Below, one piece after another: positions 42,340 through 54,602 of a stretch of 64,000 nucleotides of DNA. Made by a program: the position numbers and the translations under genes. The stretch is taken from contig OX638154.1 of the NCBI GenBank assembly GCA_951804945.1, positions 52,018,001 through 52,082,000 of the forward strand. Direction: 5' to 3'. Numbering within the stretch: the stretch's first letter is position 1; each line of letters opens with the position of its first letter. Origin of the DNA: Podarcis cretensis (lineage: Eukaryota). The notes under the pieces are model-generated. The model saw only the letters and a program-made list of their open reading frames with translations. It was not told the DNA's origin and ran no database searches.

Positions 42340-45300
42340 ATGAGCAGATTGCTGGTGGGAGTGACCCTGGAGAGGATCTGCAAAGCTGTGCTGCTCTTAT
42401 GTTTACTGCACTTCCTCATCATCATGATCCTCTACTTTGATGTCTACGCCCAGCGCCTGGACTTTTTCAGCCGCTTCAATATGCGCAACTCCTCCCGCAC
42501 TCTGCCCTACGTCAACGTCTCTCGGCCTAACGGGACCGCCGGGCCTCTGGGCCCTGAGCTCCTGGCCCCGAGTGTGAAGTCCGTCAGTATGAACAGCACT
42601 GTCACCGAGAAGCCCTTACCACCTTGCCCAGAGATGCCTCCTGGCCTAGGTAGGATTACAGATGAGCTCTGTCTGCCTCATGCCGTGTCCTACAGAAGGC
42701 CCTTTAGTGGGGAAACTGTATTGCAGTTATTGGGTTTATTTGTGCCCTGCTTGCCACCTGCTGTTTCCCTGTCAATGCAAATATGTCAAGTGGCTTTGGC
42801 TCCTGATAATAGGAACTAGAAGATATAGGAATCTGCAGAACAGGCATGATATTGCAAATCATAGGCTCCAATAGCCTCTACCATTGGAGCCAATCCTGCA
42901 GTGGAAAAACAGTTGGGGATATGTGGACAGTATTTGTTGAAAGCTGGCAAACTGAATAGTGTTCTTAGTATATTTACAGTGATCAGATAGCGGATTTTTT
43001 ATTTCCTTTTTTGCCATGGCAACTCCTTGTCTCTTTCCCAGCCCCACTGTACCTAGCTGGTGCCTTTCTGCAAGTGGGCTACAAGTAATTGGGGAAAGGG
43101 CTCAGCTTCTGCACAGACACGGCTTAGTAGGGGCTACAAGGGTTAGCTCCTTCTTATGCTGATCTCTTTGAATGAATGCATGAAGTAGACCAGCTTTCAC
43201 TCACCTGATGCCCTCCAAATGTATTGGACTACAACATGGCTGCGGCTGATGAAACGTAGCACAGAAACCTCTGGAAAGCACCTGGTTAGTGAAGACCAAA
43301 GTAGACCATCTCCTCACCCTAGGGGGCAAAACATTTAAGGCATAGAGAACTTAATACCCTTATTCCTGACAGGTGAATAAAGAGTTGAAGCATAAGCTTT
43401 GGTACAGTGGTACCTCTGGATGTGAACGGGATCCATTCCGGAGCCCTGTTCGCATCCTGAAGTGAACGCAACCCGCGTCTACGCGTGTGCGGGTCGTGAT
43501 TCGCCACTTCCGCGCATGCGCGTGATGTCATTTTGACTGTCTGCGCATGTGCGAGTGGCAAAACCCGGGAATAATGGGCTCCGTTACTTCCGGGTCGCTG
43601 CAGCGCACAACCCGAAAATACTCATCCCGAAGCTACTTTAACTCAAGGTATGACTGTATTGATATTTAACTGGGGCTAAAACTTATTAAACAATGCAATC
43701 TGCAACAAGCAACAACCTTTCCTGTTAACTCTGAATCACTTATCTGGGTATTCAAGTTAACTCTGCTTTGACTGTTTGCTGTCTCTATGCTTGATACATG
43801 TTTCGGTATTTAGGTTTCTTTGCTGATTTTTTTCTGGGCAGTGCCCCACCAACTTGGCTGGTGAAAGGGACATGAGCTGTTTGTGTAAGTCAAGAGGCTG
43901 TGGCTGATGCATAGATAATGGAGTCCTTTCTCCTGCAGTGGGCCGGCTCCTTATCGAGTTCAGCACTCCCATGAGCATGGAGCGGGTGCAACGGGAAAAC
44001 CCAGATGTGCGGGAGGGCGGCAAGTATTCTCCTCCAGACTGTGTGCCTCGCCAGAAGGTGGCCATCCTCATTCCGTTCCGGCACCGGGAGCACCACCTCA
44101 AGTACTGGCTGCACTACCTGCACCCGATTCTACGGCGCCAGAAGGTGTCTTACGGCATCTATATAATTAACCAGGTGTGTAGAGAATGATAATGTGAAGC
44201 AGTGGTGCAGTTGGGTCATTGCGTATTCTGGACTGAATGGTCTCATGGGCATCCCCTTCAGATGGTAATGTGCATTACTTCAAAATATGGTGTTCCAGCC
44301 CTGCTGTGCTCCAAAGCAGAAGGAGTAGGGCCTGGATATCTGACCCAAAGTTCTGTCCTAATGGCACCACTGATGCGGAAGAGAGCAAGATGGTTGGGTT
44401 TAGAACATAGTGCCATCCGGTTCCCTTGAGAGGAGCCTGATTAGGGAAAGCGGTATGTTAGTTTTCATGAATATATGCCTCTCTGTTCTGAGTGGAAGCA
44501 AAGGCTTCCTGCTTTGTGGGGGAAGTTGAGTGTGGGCCTTACAATGCACCATGAACTTTGCACCTATGGTAAGTGTGGAATGTGACATAGATGCTTCTCA
44601 CTTGCTTCTTGTTTTTTAAAAAATCAGGCCTGCTCTCTGACATGACAATAAATCTGCAATACAGTTGGTGGGACTTTGCAAGATCTATAAAGGGAGATAT
44701 AACAGTTCTAGAAAAAAATAGGAAAACAGTAGAATGTTATTCACAATGAAATGTAACAAGAGAGAGGTCAGCCAGATGCATCAGGTAAGAGTAAAAGGGT
44801 TGTGGCAGTTGATGTGATCCTGTCCTTCATTATCTTTCCGTACAGTTTGGTGAAGACACCTTTAACCGAGCTAAGCTGTTGAATGTGGGCTTCCTAGAAG
44901 CCCTTCGAGATGATGAGAGCTATGACTGCTTCATCTTCAGCGATGTTGACCTGGTGCCCATGGATGACCGGAATCTCTATCGCTGTTATGACCAACCCCG
45001 GCACTTTGCTGTTGCCATGGATAAGTTTGGCTTCCGGTGAGTTTGTGCACTTTGATCTTTTTTGAAATGCCAGTGGCCCCTTGAAAATGTTCAGAGTGTC
45101 AGAGGCAAAATTGAAGGAGGAATATATGACTTTATTGCACACATAACTTATGTGCTCTCATTCTGTGTGGCTTGGACATTGTGGGGACCTGCAAGCTGTG
45201 AATTGTGTTTCTTATCTAGATTGCAGTACAGGAACCTCCCCCATTCTTAAGACTACCATGTCACATTTCTTCATAATTTGCAGGGGTTTTGTACTGAAAA

Positions 45301-48300
45301 GTGGGGATATACAACGGCTTTGGATGAATCCCAAGCCAAAGCAGGGTGCTTTGCAGGGATGCTGGGATTGTCTGAGACAAAGTGGAACCTCTTCAAGGAT
45401 CCAGAGACAAAGTGGGGAGTTCCCAAAGTGCCTCATGGCACCGTGACAACTCTGAGAATTGTCTGCTGAAAGCAAAACTAATGTAGCTAACCTTAGTGTA
45501 TAAGGAAAACACAAGGGGTGTGGAACGGCTGAAGTAGAACAAATGCCATGGTAAGGGGGGCGGGATTCTGCTGTGACTGACAGGTCAAGCTTGTAACCAG
45601 AGGGAATGAGTTCACCTGGAGTCTTCAACCCCAGTGCTTTGTGAGGAGGAAAGGAAATCCTTTTTAGTTCTGTCCCCTGCCTCCCAAGATTAACTTTAAA
45701 AGTCCCCAGTTCACAAAAGTTGAACCAATTTGTCTGCCATTGGCAAGTTTCCTCTTTTGTGTCTGGTTTCCGAACAATTGCCCTCAAAAGACATGGGAAG
45801 TTTAAGTGGACACTTTTTACCCATCCCCAAACTGTGAAGGCTGTCCTTGTGGGAAAACCAATGAAGCTATCATTCAGAAATTTGACAGGATTCATCTTTC
45901 TTGGAGACTCTGATGCCTGCAAATTTCATCCAATAGTGGGGGAGGGTGAAAAGTTTCCTTAGAAAAATAACCATAACATTTCAAAGGTACCTGACAGAAA
46001 AAAGCCCCACCCTGGAACTATTTGGCTGGCTGAATCCGCTGTGGAGCGGCAAATGTGCCTGCAAATTTTATCCACTGTAAAAAGGGGGAAAGGTATAGCT
46101 TAAAAAACAACAACAACCCAATAGTGAACGAGGGGAAATGAAATCTTGTTTTTCCCCAACTCAGACTCAGAAGCACTTGGGAATGAGGCATGTTGTTTTC
46201 TGAAGTACTGACTCAAGGTCCAAACTGAATCTTCTGTTTGGTGCACACCCCTAATTTAAACTTTGCTGCCTCTTATATGACTAGATGAAATGCTCCAGAG
46301 TCCTTGTGTTACTACATTATGGAATAGGCGCTTCCAAAACCTATATGGTGATGTAAACAAGCAGACAGGATCCCCACGTGAATTTTCTGTGTTGCCTATA
46401 TTCTTACCTGCCAAAGATGGCAAAAGGAGATGGAGGAGGTACAGTGTGTATAAAATGGAACCCTGCATTCCAGCTAAGGAGAAGGGAAATGGGAAGGATT
46501 TAGGAGAGACCTGATGCAGGGGGAGCAATGGGTGACATCACATGGCTGATTTGGAAACTGGGATTTAGACTGTGTCAGGTGTAGCTTGGACCACCCAGGT
46601 TCTGTGCTCCTGAACCCATTCGTGGCTTGACTGATTCCCATCTCTCCTGCTTGTCCTCTGCAGGCTGCCATACTCTGGCTACTTCGGAGGTGTCTCTGGC
46701 CTGAGCAAGACACAGTTTCTGAAGATCAATGGCTTCCCTAACGAGTACTGGGGCTGGGGTGGGGAAGATGACGACATCTTTAACCGGTGCGTGAGAGGCT
46801 GGGCCAAGCCTAGCCAGAACTTGTTCTCTGCAAGTTGGTTGTAGTAGCCATGTAGTCTGTTTTTCCGTGTGGTGTCTCCTGGGAATGTGCTGAGTGGCAG
46901 GGAACAGCATTCTCTTCTGGGGTGGGGTAGCTGTGCAAATGGCAGGTGGCAATATGCAACACCTGCCTTTCCTATAACAATGCTCCCAAATCTGAGAAAG
47001 GAGGACATAGGCAGGTAGGTATTCCACAGCACATAACAGGCAGGGCCAAATAGAAGGCCTGGGGAGCCAATACTCTGAAAGCTAGAAGGGTTTGGGGGTG
47101 CTGAGGACTGGAGGGTGAGGACTAACTCCAGCTTTATTTAGAGTTTGCCCCCAACCTGTCTGCTGGTCTTTGAGCTGCACTTTTTCTTTACACAGGATCT
47201 CGCTTAATGGCATGAAAGTGTCACGTCCTGATGCCCGCATTGGGCGCTACCGCATGATCAAGCACGAGCGTGACCGACACAACGAGCCCAATCCCCAGCG
47301 GTGAGAGAGACAATGTGCTTGCCAGCTCCCTCCCTAGTCCATTGCAAGCTACATAAGGAGATAGAAAGCTCCCACAAAATTTCTGCACCATTTCCCTGGG
47401 CACATAATGGCTTTCAAGCCTGATTTCCAATGGAATATAATCTTCCAGACACATCTTCCCTTTTATAGCATACTACTGTACACCTCGTGAGGAGAGAGGG
47501 GCCACATTTGTTTGCCTCCCTGTAGAATCTCCATGAAACAAACCAAGATAGCCTACAAGTCCTTAGCCTTCCCCCAGAGAGTGTTTTCTATTACTGTGTG
47601 TGCATTCCTCTCTTTCTGATCTACCCCCAGTTTTAATTCCACTCTCTGCCTCTTCTAAGAGACACAGACATGAATCAGAGTCCCAACCATGCACCAGGTG
47701 TGTTTGGTTAAATCTATGTTTTGCTAGTTCTAGGCAGGGAAAGAGAAAGGGACTCCTGTCCTGTGCCCTAACATTTATTGTCTGGAACCAGAGAAAAGCC
47801 ACAGCTGGCATGGTTTCAGGGCAATACACTAAACCTTATTTCATGAGACCCTGACATTCCACTTGAGAAGGTTGTGTGGTGGTAGTAATCACCTATCATG
47901 AGAACTAAATGCAGTCACCATCCATGGCCCTCCAGGATCCTATGACGCCATCACACTTTGCAACCTTGCTATATCATTTGACAGGGACTGTTGTTTTACA
48001 GCTGAGCTCTGGGTGGAGAAGCTCACTCTGTTACTTGGGACTTTCAACCTGGAAGGGCTGTGCATGGTGATTGTCCGTTCATGTGTTCAGAAAACACAAT
48101 TTCATTTCGGAAGTCCCAGTGCTTTGTATGCTGGAAATCTGACATAAGAAATTGCTTTATTGTGCATGGATAATGCCACGTAAGGCTCTTCCCAAAATCC
48201 TTCCAAGTGGCCTGAGCTGTCATTAGACTCTCTATTCCAGGCTTCCTCAAACTCAACCCTACAGATGTTTTTGGCCTACAACTCCCATGATCCCTAGCTA

Positions 48301-48626
48301 GCAGGACCAGTGGTCAGGGATGATGGGAATTGTAGTCTCGAAACATCTGGAGGGCCAAGGTTGAGGAAGCCTGCTCTATTCCATTCATCAAGGAATGGCT
48401 GGTAGGTTTAACTTGAATTAACCTAACTGCCTACTTTCATGTGTAAGATGACTTTCTCTCTGGTTCTCCTGGCAGGTTCACCAAAATCCAGAATACCAAG
48501 GTGACCATGAAACGCGATGGCATTGGCTCGCTTCAGTACCGCCTGGTGGAGGTGGTTCGTCGTCCCATGTACACCAATGTAACCGTGGAGATTGGCCGCC
48601 CACCACCACGCCCCCCTCGGGGCTGA
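42340..48626 (+). CDS. B4GALT2: Beta-1,4-galactosyltransferase 2; 6 coding exons, 371 aa
   Basis: Exons: 42340-42649, 43939-44174, 44846-45036, 46664-46786, 47196-47300, 48476-48626. All GT-AG, total 1116 nt. MSRLLVGVTLERICKAVLLLCLLHFL (type II TM), KVAILIPFRHREHHL, FNRAKLLNVGF, SDVD (DxD), YFGGVS, WGWGGEDDD, ends EIGRPPPRPPRG*. Confidence 0.97.
43405..43656. mobile_element. Tc1/mariner (pogo/Tigger-type) MITE, 252 bp
   Basis: TA|CAGTGGTACCTC ... AAGGTATGACTG|TA: imperfect TIRs with TA TSD and a CpG-rich interior. Confidence 0.8.
48238..48373. mobile_element. Palindromic hAT MITE (same family)
   Basis: TIRs CAGGCTTCCTCAA / TTGAGGAAGCCTG. 8-bp TSD CTCTATTC (48230-48237, 48374-48381). Confidence 0.9.
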
Positions 48627-50002
48627 CTCTTTGCTGCCTGGCTCTGCCCATGGCCCATGCATGAGGAGCTGTGCGGATCCCAGCCCTGACTGGTTCAGAG
48701 GACTGTGTCCTGGCTTGGAGGAGCTGTCTGCCTCCTTTGTGGGGATGCGGGAAAGGCCAAGACTACACCTTCGCCTTGCCCCAGCCTTTGGCTGAAGCCC
48801 ATCTCCTGATCACTAGTCAGTTCTCCACAGTGCCCTTCACAGGTTGGGGAGGAAGTGTGAGTGTGTCATGGTGCCTGGCGCAGCGCTTAGGGGTCCTGGG
48901 CACAGCCAAGCCCCACTCCTGGCTGGAAAGCACTGAGAGCAGAGAAACCTTGTGCAGGTTCTTGAACCTCCCTATCCTCTCCCAGAACTTTTCACAGAGC
49001 GGCATCCCTTAAGGATCCCGGAAGTACAGTACAGGTAGTTGTTTTCCTTTCCTCTCAGTGTGCAAGAGTGCCGTTTGAGCCTTCCTTCCAGGGGGTGGCC
49101 TGGCCTTACGACAAATGCCAGCTCACAAGGTGTCCAGGTGGTTCACTCGTGCCCAGCTGAGGAGAAGCTCTTCCAAAGGAGAAGCTCTCATGGGCCTGGC
49201 CACTGCCCACCTCCATTCATGGCTTGGTGCTGTCCCCCTGCTGGGCCCTGGGTATCACTTCTGGCTCCAGTAACACAGGGGTGTTTTATACAAAACCCTC
49301 ATTAGAATACTTGAGTGCTTCCTGGGTTAGTGTGACAGGTAGCCTGTATGTCAAGGGACAACAGGTCATTCTTCCTAGCAGTGTTTGCTCTTCTGTCTGT
49401 GAATGGGGAATATTGGTTGGGCAGTGTGTGCTTCACTTCTCAGCAAGGGTGGAATCAAAATGGCATGGTTCGGCCTACTCTCTGGTGTGGGCTAGCTTCT
49501 CTTTTTTACAGGCACCGATGGGCCTATGGCCATGGCTACAGAACAGAGGAAGGTGAAGTTGGCTTCTTGCTGCCTGTCCCCTACCTCTCACCTCCAACCC
49601 ACTTACCCCATACCAACCCTCACTCACCAATCAACCTTCCCGCCATCTGCCAGGCAACCTGCCGTTGACCACTCATCGTGCCCTCTTTGTCAAGCTGCCA
49701 TCTGCCACCACCTGAGGCCAGGCCCCTGGGTCCGACTGTCTGCTCATGACACATGGTGGCCGTGTGCCTAATTCCTGGAGCTAGGAAGCTGCTGGTGTCC
49801 CTCATCTCTGGTTATGGTGCCTGGCAGGTAGAATCTCCTGCGCCGGTCCACTTTGGGATGGCAGCTGGGCCAGGCTTGAAGCCAGGCACCAGCGTGTTGC
49901 GCAGCCCAGGTGTTGGTGACTTTTGTACATTTGAATGTTTTGATCCCTTTTCAAGCCTATGGTGAATGCAGCACTGGTCACTACGATCAGACTTTTGTAT
50001 TC

Positions 50003-50008
50003 AATAAA
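50003..50008 (+). terminator. B4GALT2: Polyadenylation signal of B4GALT2
   Basis: AATAAA preceded by TGTA elements, ~1.4 kb after the stop codon. Confidence 0.7.
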
Positions 50009-50261
50009 GTTTCAAAACTTGGGAGACTCCTTGCCTATGGGATTCAGGTGGGGTCTGTGGATAGAGGCAACACTGCAGGTTTATGCAATCTATCTTGGCA
50101 AGGTACAAAATTAAGAATTAAATTCGTTTCCAAATGAATGGCACCTCATTGTGCTTCCCCAACATGTTTGTTTAAAGCAGGGACTGGGTTTTCTGGCCCA
50201 GGAAACTCTGGGCGTAGTTACTCAGCCCAGAAGACAAGAGAGAACTATTCTACAAGGTTCT

Positions 50262-50267
50262 TTTATT
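50262..50267 (-). terminator. Polyadenylation signal of the VWC2-like gene
   Basis: TTTATT on plus (AATAAA on minus), ~470 nt after the stop at 50736. Confidence 0.6.
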
Positions 50268-50735
50268 GATGCTCACACACAGAGAAAAACTGTTAAATAG
50301 TAGCAAAAGATGCTATGTTTAGTTGAAGCTGGAGTGGGAATGTGGTGGTGGTTGGTGGGTGATTCCCTAAATCATATGGGGAACCTCTAGCTCTCAAGAT
50401 GTGGCTAAATTATTCCTAACCATTAGCCATGCTGGCTACAGCTGATGGGAGCTGGGAGTCCAACTATATCTGAATGGCCACAGGTTGCCCACCCATCCTA
50501 AATAAAACGGGCTTTCTCATATGAGCTACTCCCCTGTGTAATAGCTCCAGACATTGTCAAGGGAAAGGGGGTAGATCTGGAAAGGGGTCTACGACTGGCA
50601 ATTGCTTATGTGTATGGTTGAAGGAGTTGGGCCAGGGCTGGGTGTAAGGGCACACTAGGGCTTGTCTGGGTAAGCAGAAGCCTTGCAGGTGCTGAAGAAT
50701 GGCTGGCCCAGGAATTGTTTCGTGTTTGGAGCAGC

Positions 50736-53700
50736 TCAGGTGTGATGTGCACCTGTAGCCCGGCATCCCCGTAGCCGCTCGCATTTAGCTAAGCGGTTTC
50801 CTTCCCAGTAACCAGCGTCCTGGCCATCATGACAGCGGCAACGGGTGCAGGGCCCCACCCATATGCTCTCCCCAGCAGGAATTATGCGTCGCTGGCTCCC
50901 ATCCACGTAGCAGTTGGGCCCTGTGGAGAGACATGTCCATGTATTAGAGTCTGCCATTGTTTGCAGAAGTCTCATCATGACTTTTAGAAGCAGAAATGGC
51001 AAGCAGTTTAAGAGTACATGTGTGGGTGGGGGCAACCCAGCTAGATGGGCGGGGTATAAATAATAAAATTATAAATTATTATTTCTCCAGCCTTGCACCC
51101 CTATCCTCTACCGGAAGCTCACCTAGTGCCTGTTCGTCCACAGGTTCTGTGCTACAGGCTGCTTTTGTACAGGAGGACATTTTTCATTTTTGGGGGAGCC
51201 CCTCTTCTAACACTAGGGGCAAACACCTGCCAAATCCTTCAAGATGAGGTGGGGGCTACCAGGTGTCCCACCATCATTTCTAAGTAGGAGGCTTCCTGTT
51301 CAGTTAAGCAACCTTGTGTCTGGTCAGCTTGGCCCAATTCCTCTCACTTCCCTGCTCCAGTAGACAGGGGCCCTGAACAGCGAGGGAGACAAAGTTCTCT
51401 CCCCCTTCTGGACAGCTTGAAGTGGAACACTTGTCCCTTGCTGTGAAGGTGTTTCTTTCTCACCGTCCTCACAGGTGGGGCAGCAGTGGCCCTTCTCGTA
51501 GACTGGATTGACACAGGGCGGAGGGGCGCAGTCTGCCACTAGGCAACGAGCGATGCCATCTAAGTCACAGGTACACTGCTCACACTCTGAGGGCTGTGAG
51601 AGACAAATGTTGGTCAATAGAGCAAGGCAGCTTTACGTGGACAGCACACGGTTATGATGATGATGATGCAGCTCCAGAACTATTTTGCATCAGTGGTGCA
51701 GAAGCTTCTTATTTTCTGAGAATTGCATTCCCTTGGGAATCTGTTCAGAATTGCATGCCAGTGGTGTGCTGGTCCAGAGTCAAAGTGGGTAGGGCACCTC
51801 CTCTGCTACTCTGTTTCCCTCCCCCTTTTCCTCCTAATGAAATTAGGCTGAGAGAAATAGGTTACCCATCCACCCCACACCACCAGGTTGCAGAATTGAC
51901 TGGATTTTGCAGTTCCAGAATGAATTAGTCATGTCTTCTGTCTGTAACTTGCAAAAAGAGGTGTGTGTATGCAAGCAGGTGGGAAACTCATGCCTCAGAT
52001 ACTTAATTGGATTAGGCTCCTGGCTGCATCTTTGCTTACCTGTATCTGTGCTTTAAGTTTCAGGGAAGGGGGTGATCACAAAAGAAATATAAGGCCCATC
52101 ATCTTCCTTTTTTTGTAATGTGTGAAGAAGCATTCCAAACTGAATGCATAGCCATGGCAGTACTGGGATTATACCATCAGATGGCACTATCAACCAAGAA
52201 TTGATAGATAATGAGGGAGGAAAAGCTTCTGTCGCAATCTCCCTTGATTTTGTGTATCTTGTCAGCTCTGGCCAACTCAAGATTACTCTCAAATAATCAT
52301 GCGGCTGGCCACTGGGGAAACTGACTGGTCATAAGAAAATGTTGAATAGAGAAAACTGTGAGTGAGTGAGAGATTGTCCCCAGTAGCACAGAACCATCAA
52401 GGATCCCAATATGCTAAAAAGGGCCATGAATGTGTTTTGGAACCCATTAACCAATCAAGCTCCTCCTTAAAATATCCAGTAAAGGATACTGAAGTCATTT
52501 TCAGCACCTCACCTCTCATTCGCCTTCTCACTTGCAAAACATGAGGTAATTCTAGCCAAGCCACATGCTTTTGTTCTCTGCCCTAAGGGGAAAGTTCCAA
52601 GATTCTACCTTCTGTCAAATTCCCTCCCTCCTGAATTAATAGATTGGTTGTCTGATTTCACACCTTCAGGGTGGGTGATGATAAAGACTGGGCTCCACTG
52701 AAGTTCAAGTGGTTGCAAATAAAAACATTGGTCACTTGTTCTAGATCACTCGTCACAATACTTTAAAATAACAAAGCTGGAAGATGGCATCAACATTTAA
52801 CACCAAAAATCATATCTTAATGATGTAATTGTCCATGATCATCTTTATAACACCAGGGAAGGAGATTGCACAACTTCACTGGCAAGTTGATATCTTGTTC
52901 TTACTACAAACCTACAGTACAAAGGAAAGTGTTTACCCTTCCTAATTACAGAACTTTTCTCTCTCTAGATCTACAGCACTTGTCTTGCTTGTAAGCAAAT
53001 GCAAGATAACCTAGTTCCAGGAGGTGCTGGGAAGCAGCCCTAAATTACTGTAGCCACAACCCAGATGTTCTGGACCTAGAGCAAAATGGCCATCCCTAGT
53101 AAAGAACTGAGAAGCTTTGGCTGAGCAAAGTATTTTAGGGCAAGTTAGGCCCCAGCTAAATGGTTCTGGATAATCAAAAGCTTGCTTGCTATTATATGAT
53201 ATTTTGGTTGGCCATAATAAAGTTATTATTTGGGGGGAAATTATGGCTCAATATGGCTTTGCAGAAAGCATTTACTTTCTGTGTACCTTTCAATAGAATT
53301 TTGTGTTTGGGTAAATGGGACAGGCCAAGAGATAAGTCATCAAACAGACACACAATAATTTGGTGTTTAGCTAACAGACAATTCACCTAGGAAGAACCCC
53401 ACTGCCCATTCTTTGACTATATGTAGCAACTGGTCCTTTCTTCATCAATACACTTATTTTTTGCAAACACTCAATTCATGCTATCCAAAGAGGCATGGAG
53501 CCCAGGAATGGAGGGCTTTGATCTTCCACCTGCAGCCTCAGGGCCAGAATTTGACTCCCTTCGGCTAGTGCAGGCGTAGTGCCAAAAATACTCCTTTCCG
53601 AACCCACCCTCAATTGTCCAAGTCAGCCATGCTAGAGATTGTTTGGTCTGACTCAAGTCCTAAAATAAACTACACACATTTTTGGCAGCAACAGACAATA

Positions 53701-54557
53701 GCCAGAAGCAAGGTCTGAACAGGTCAATGTCAGGCCTAAGAAATGGATGAAAATGAAATTCAATTAGTCAAAGGATGCTCAGCTAGGTACTACAGCCAAT
53801 AAAATTGCCTTCTGAATTATTGGTTTTATGGGAACATCTTAAGAGCACCTCCAGCTTCATAGAGCACTTTTGATTTGGTGCTTCTCGCCCACTTTGGAAA
53901 AAATGCAATTTATTAGTTTTGTTTGTATTTTCTTTTGCTTCAGCCAGTAATGAACAAACTATAAAAACACAGCGTTCCTGCTTCCAGTCTCTTACTCTCC
54001 TGCCTAGGCCTCCCTTTCAGAACAAGATTTAAGAAACAGAAGGGACTGCTTGAGATTCTTTTTCAGGAGCGTTCGCTTTTTCTCCTGCTTTTGAATATCC
54101 TCACTTTGCCCATCCATCACCTATTCATCCCTGCCCACCTCGCTCTAGATTCCTTCTCATGCCACCCCTTTGCCTAATTCTCCCTTGAATGCCTTACCTG
54201 GAAATGCTGCCCCAGCTCATACACTTGTCCACGGTGCTCACAGCCAACCCTTTCGCAGCGTGGGCAGCAGTCGCTGGGGTAGTGGCTGACGTGAATGCAG
54301 GCAGGTGGCAGAGCGGTGCAGTCCGTGCGGGCGCAGGCGGGCCCCTCCGCTGTGCACTCGCACTGGGTGCAGTGGTCACTGTCCAGGAAATACCACTCCC
54401 CAACATAGTACAGGCTCCCGTTGGCATCGCACGTGGTCACTGGCCCTGCCAGTCCTGGGATGGGCACCAGAGTCAGCAGCAGCAGCAGCAGCAGCGCTAA
54501 GCTCAGCTGTGCCAACGGAAAGGGCATCGCTGAACTCGAGGGACAGATGCCGGGCAT
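50736..54557 (-). CDS. Secreted brorin/VWC2-family protein (von Willebrand factor C domains), divergent paralog; 3 coding exons, 224 aa (214 aa from the second ATG at 54527)
   Basis: Exons (minus): 54557-54198, 51593-51464, 50920-50736. GT-AG, phases 0 and 1, total 675 nt, no stops. Leu-rich signal peptide, then Cys-rich modules CDANGSLYYVGEWYF..CTQCECTAEGPAC..CCPRC, CEHRGQVYELGQHFQPSECEQCTC..CLVADC..CVNPVYEKGHCCPTC, GPNCY..IIPAG..CTRCRCHDG. Confidence 0.9.
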
Positions 54558-54602
54558 GGGAGTTGGCGAGAGGGAGGAGCAGAGCAGCAGCAGCAGCAGC
54601 AG
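54474..54602 (-). repeat. Two CTG tracts: (CTG)7 in the signal-peptide poly-Leu and (CTG)6 upstream of the ATG
   Basis: (CAG)7 at 54474-54494 and (CAG)6 at 54585-54602 on the plus strand. Confidence 0.9.

Noticed and set aside
50736-54557. Assigning the symbol VWC2 or VWC2L
   Set aside because: The sequence is clearly divergent from both as I recall them and the synteny does not match either locus, so it is left unnamed.
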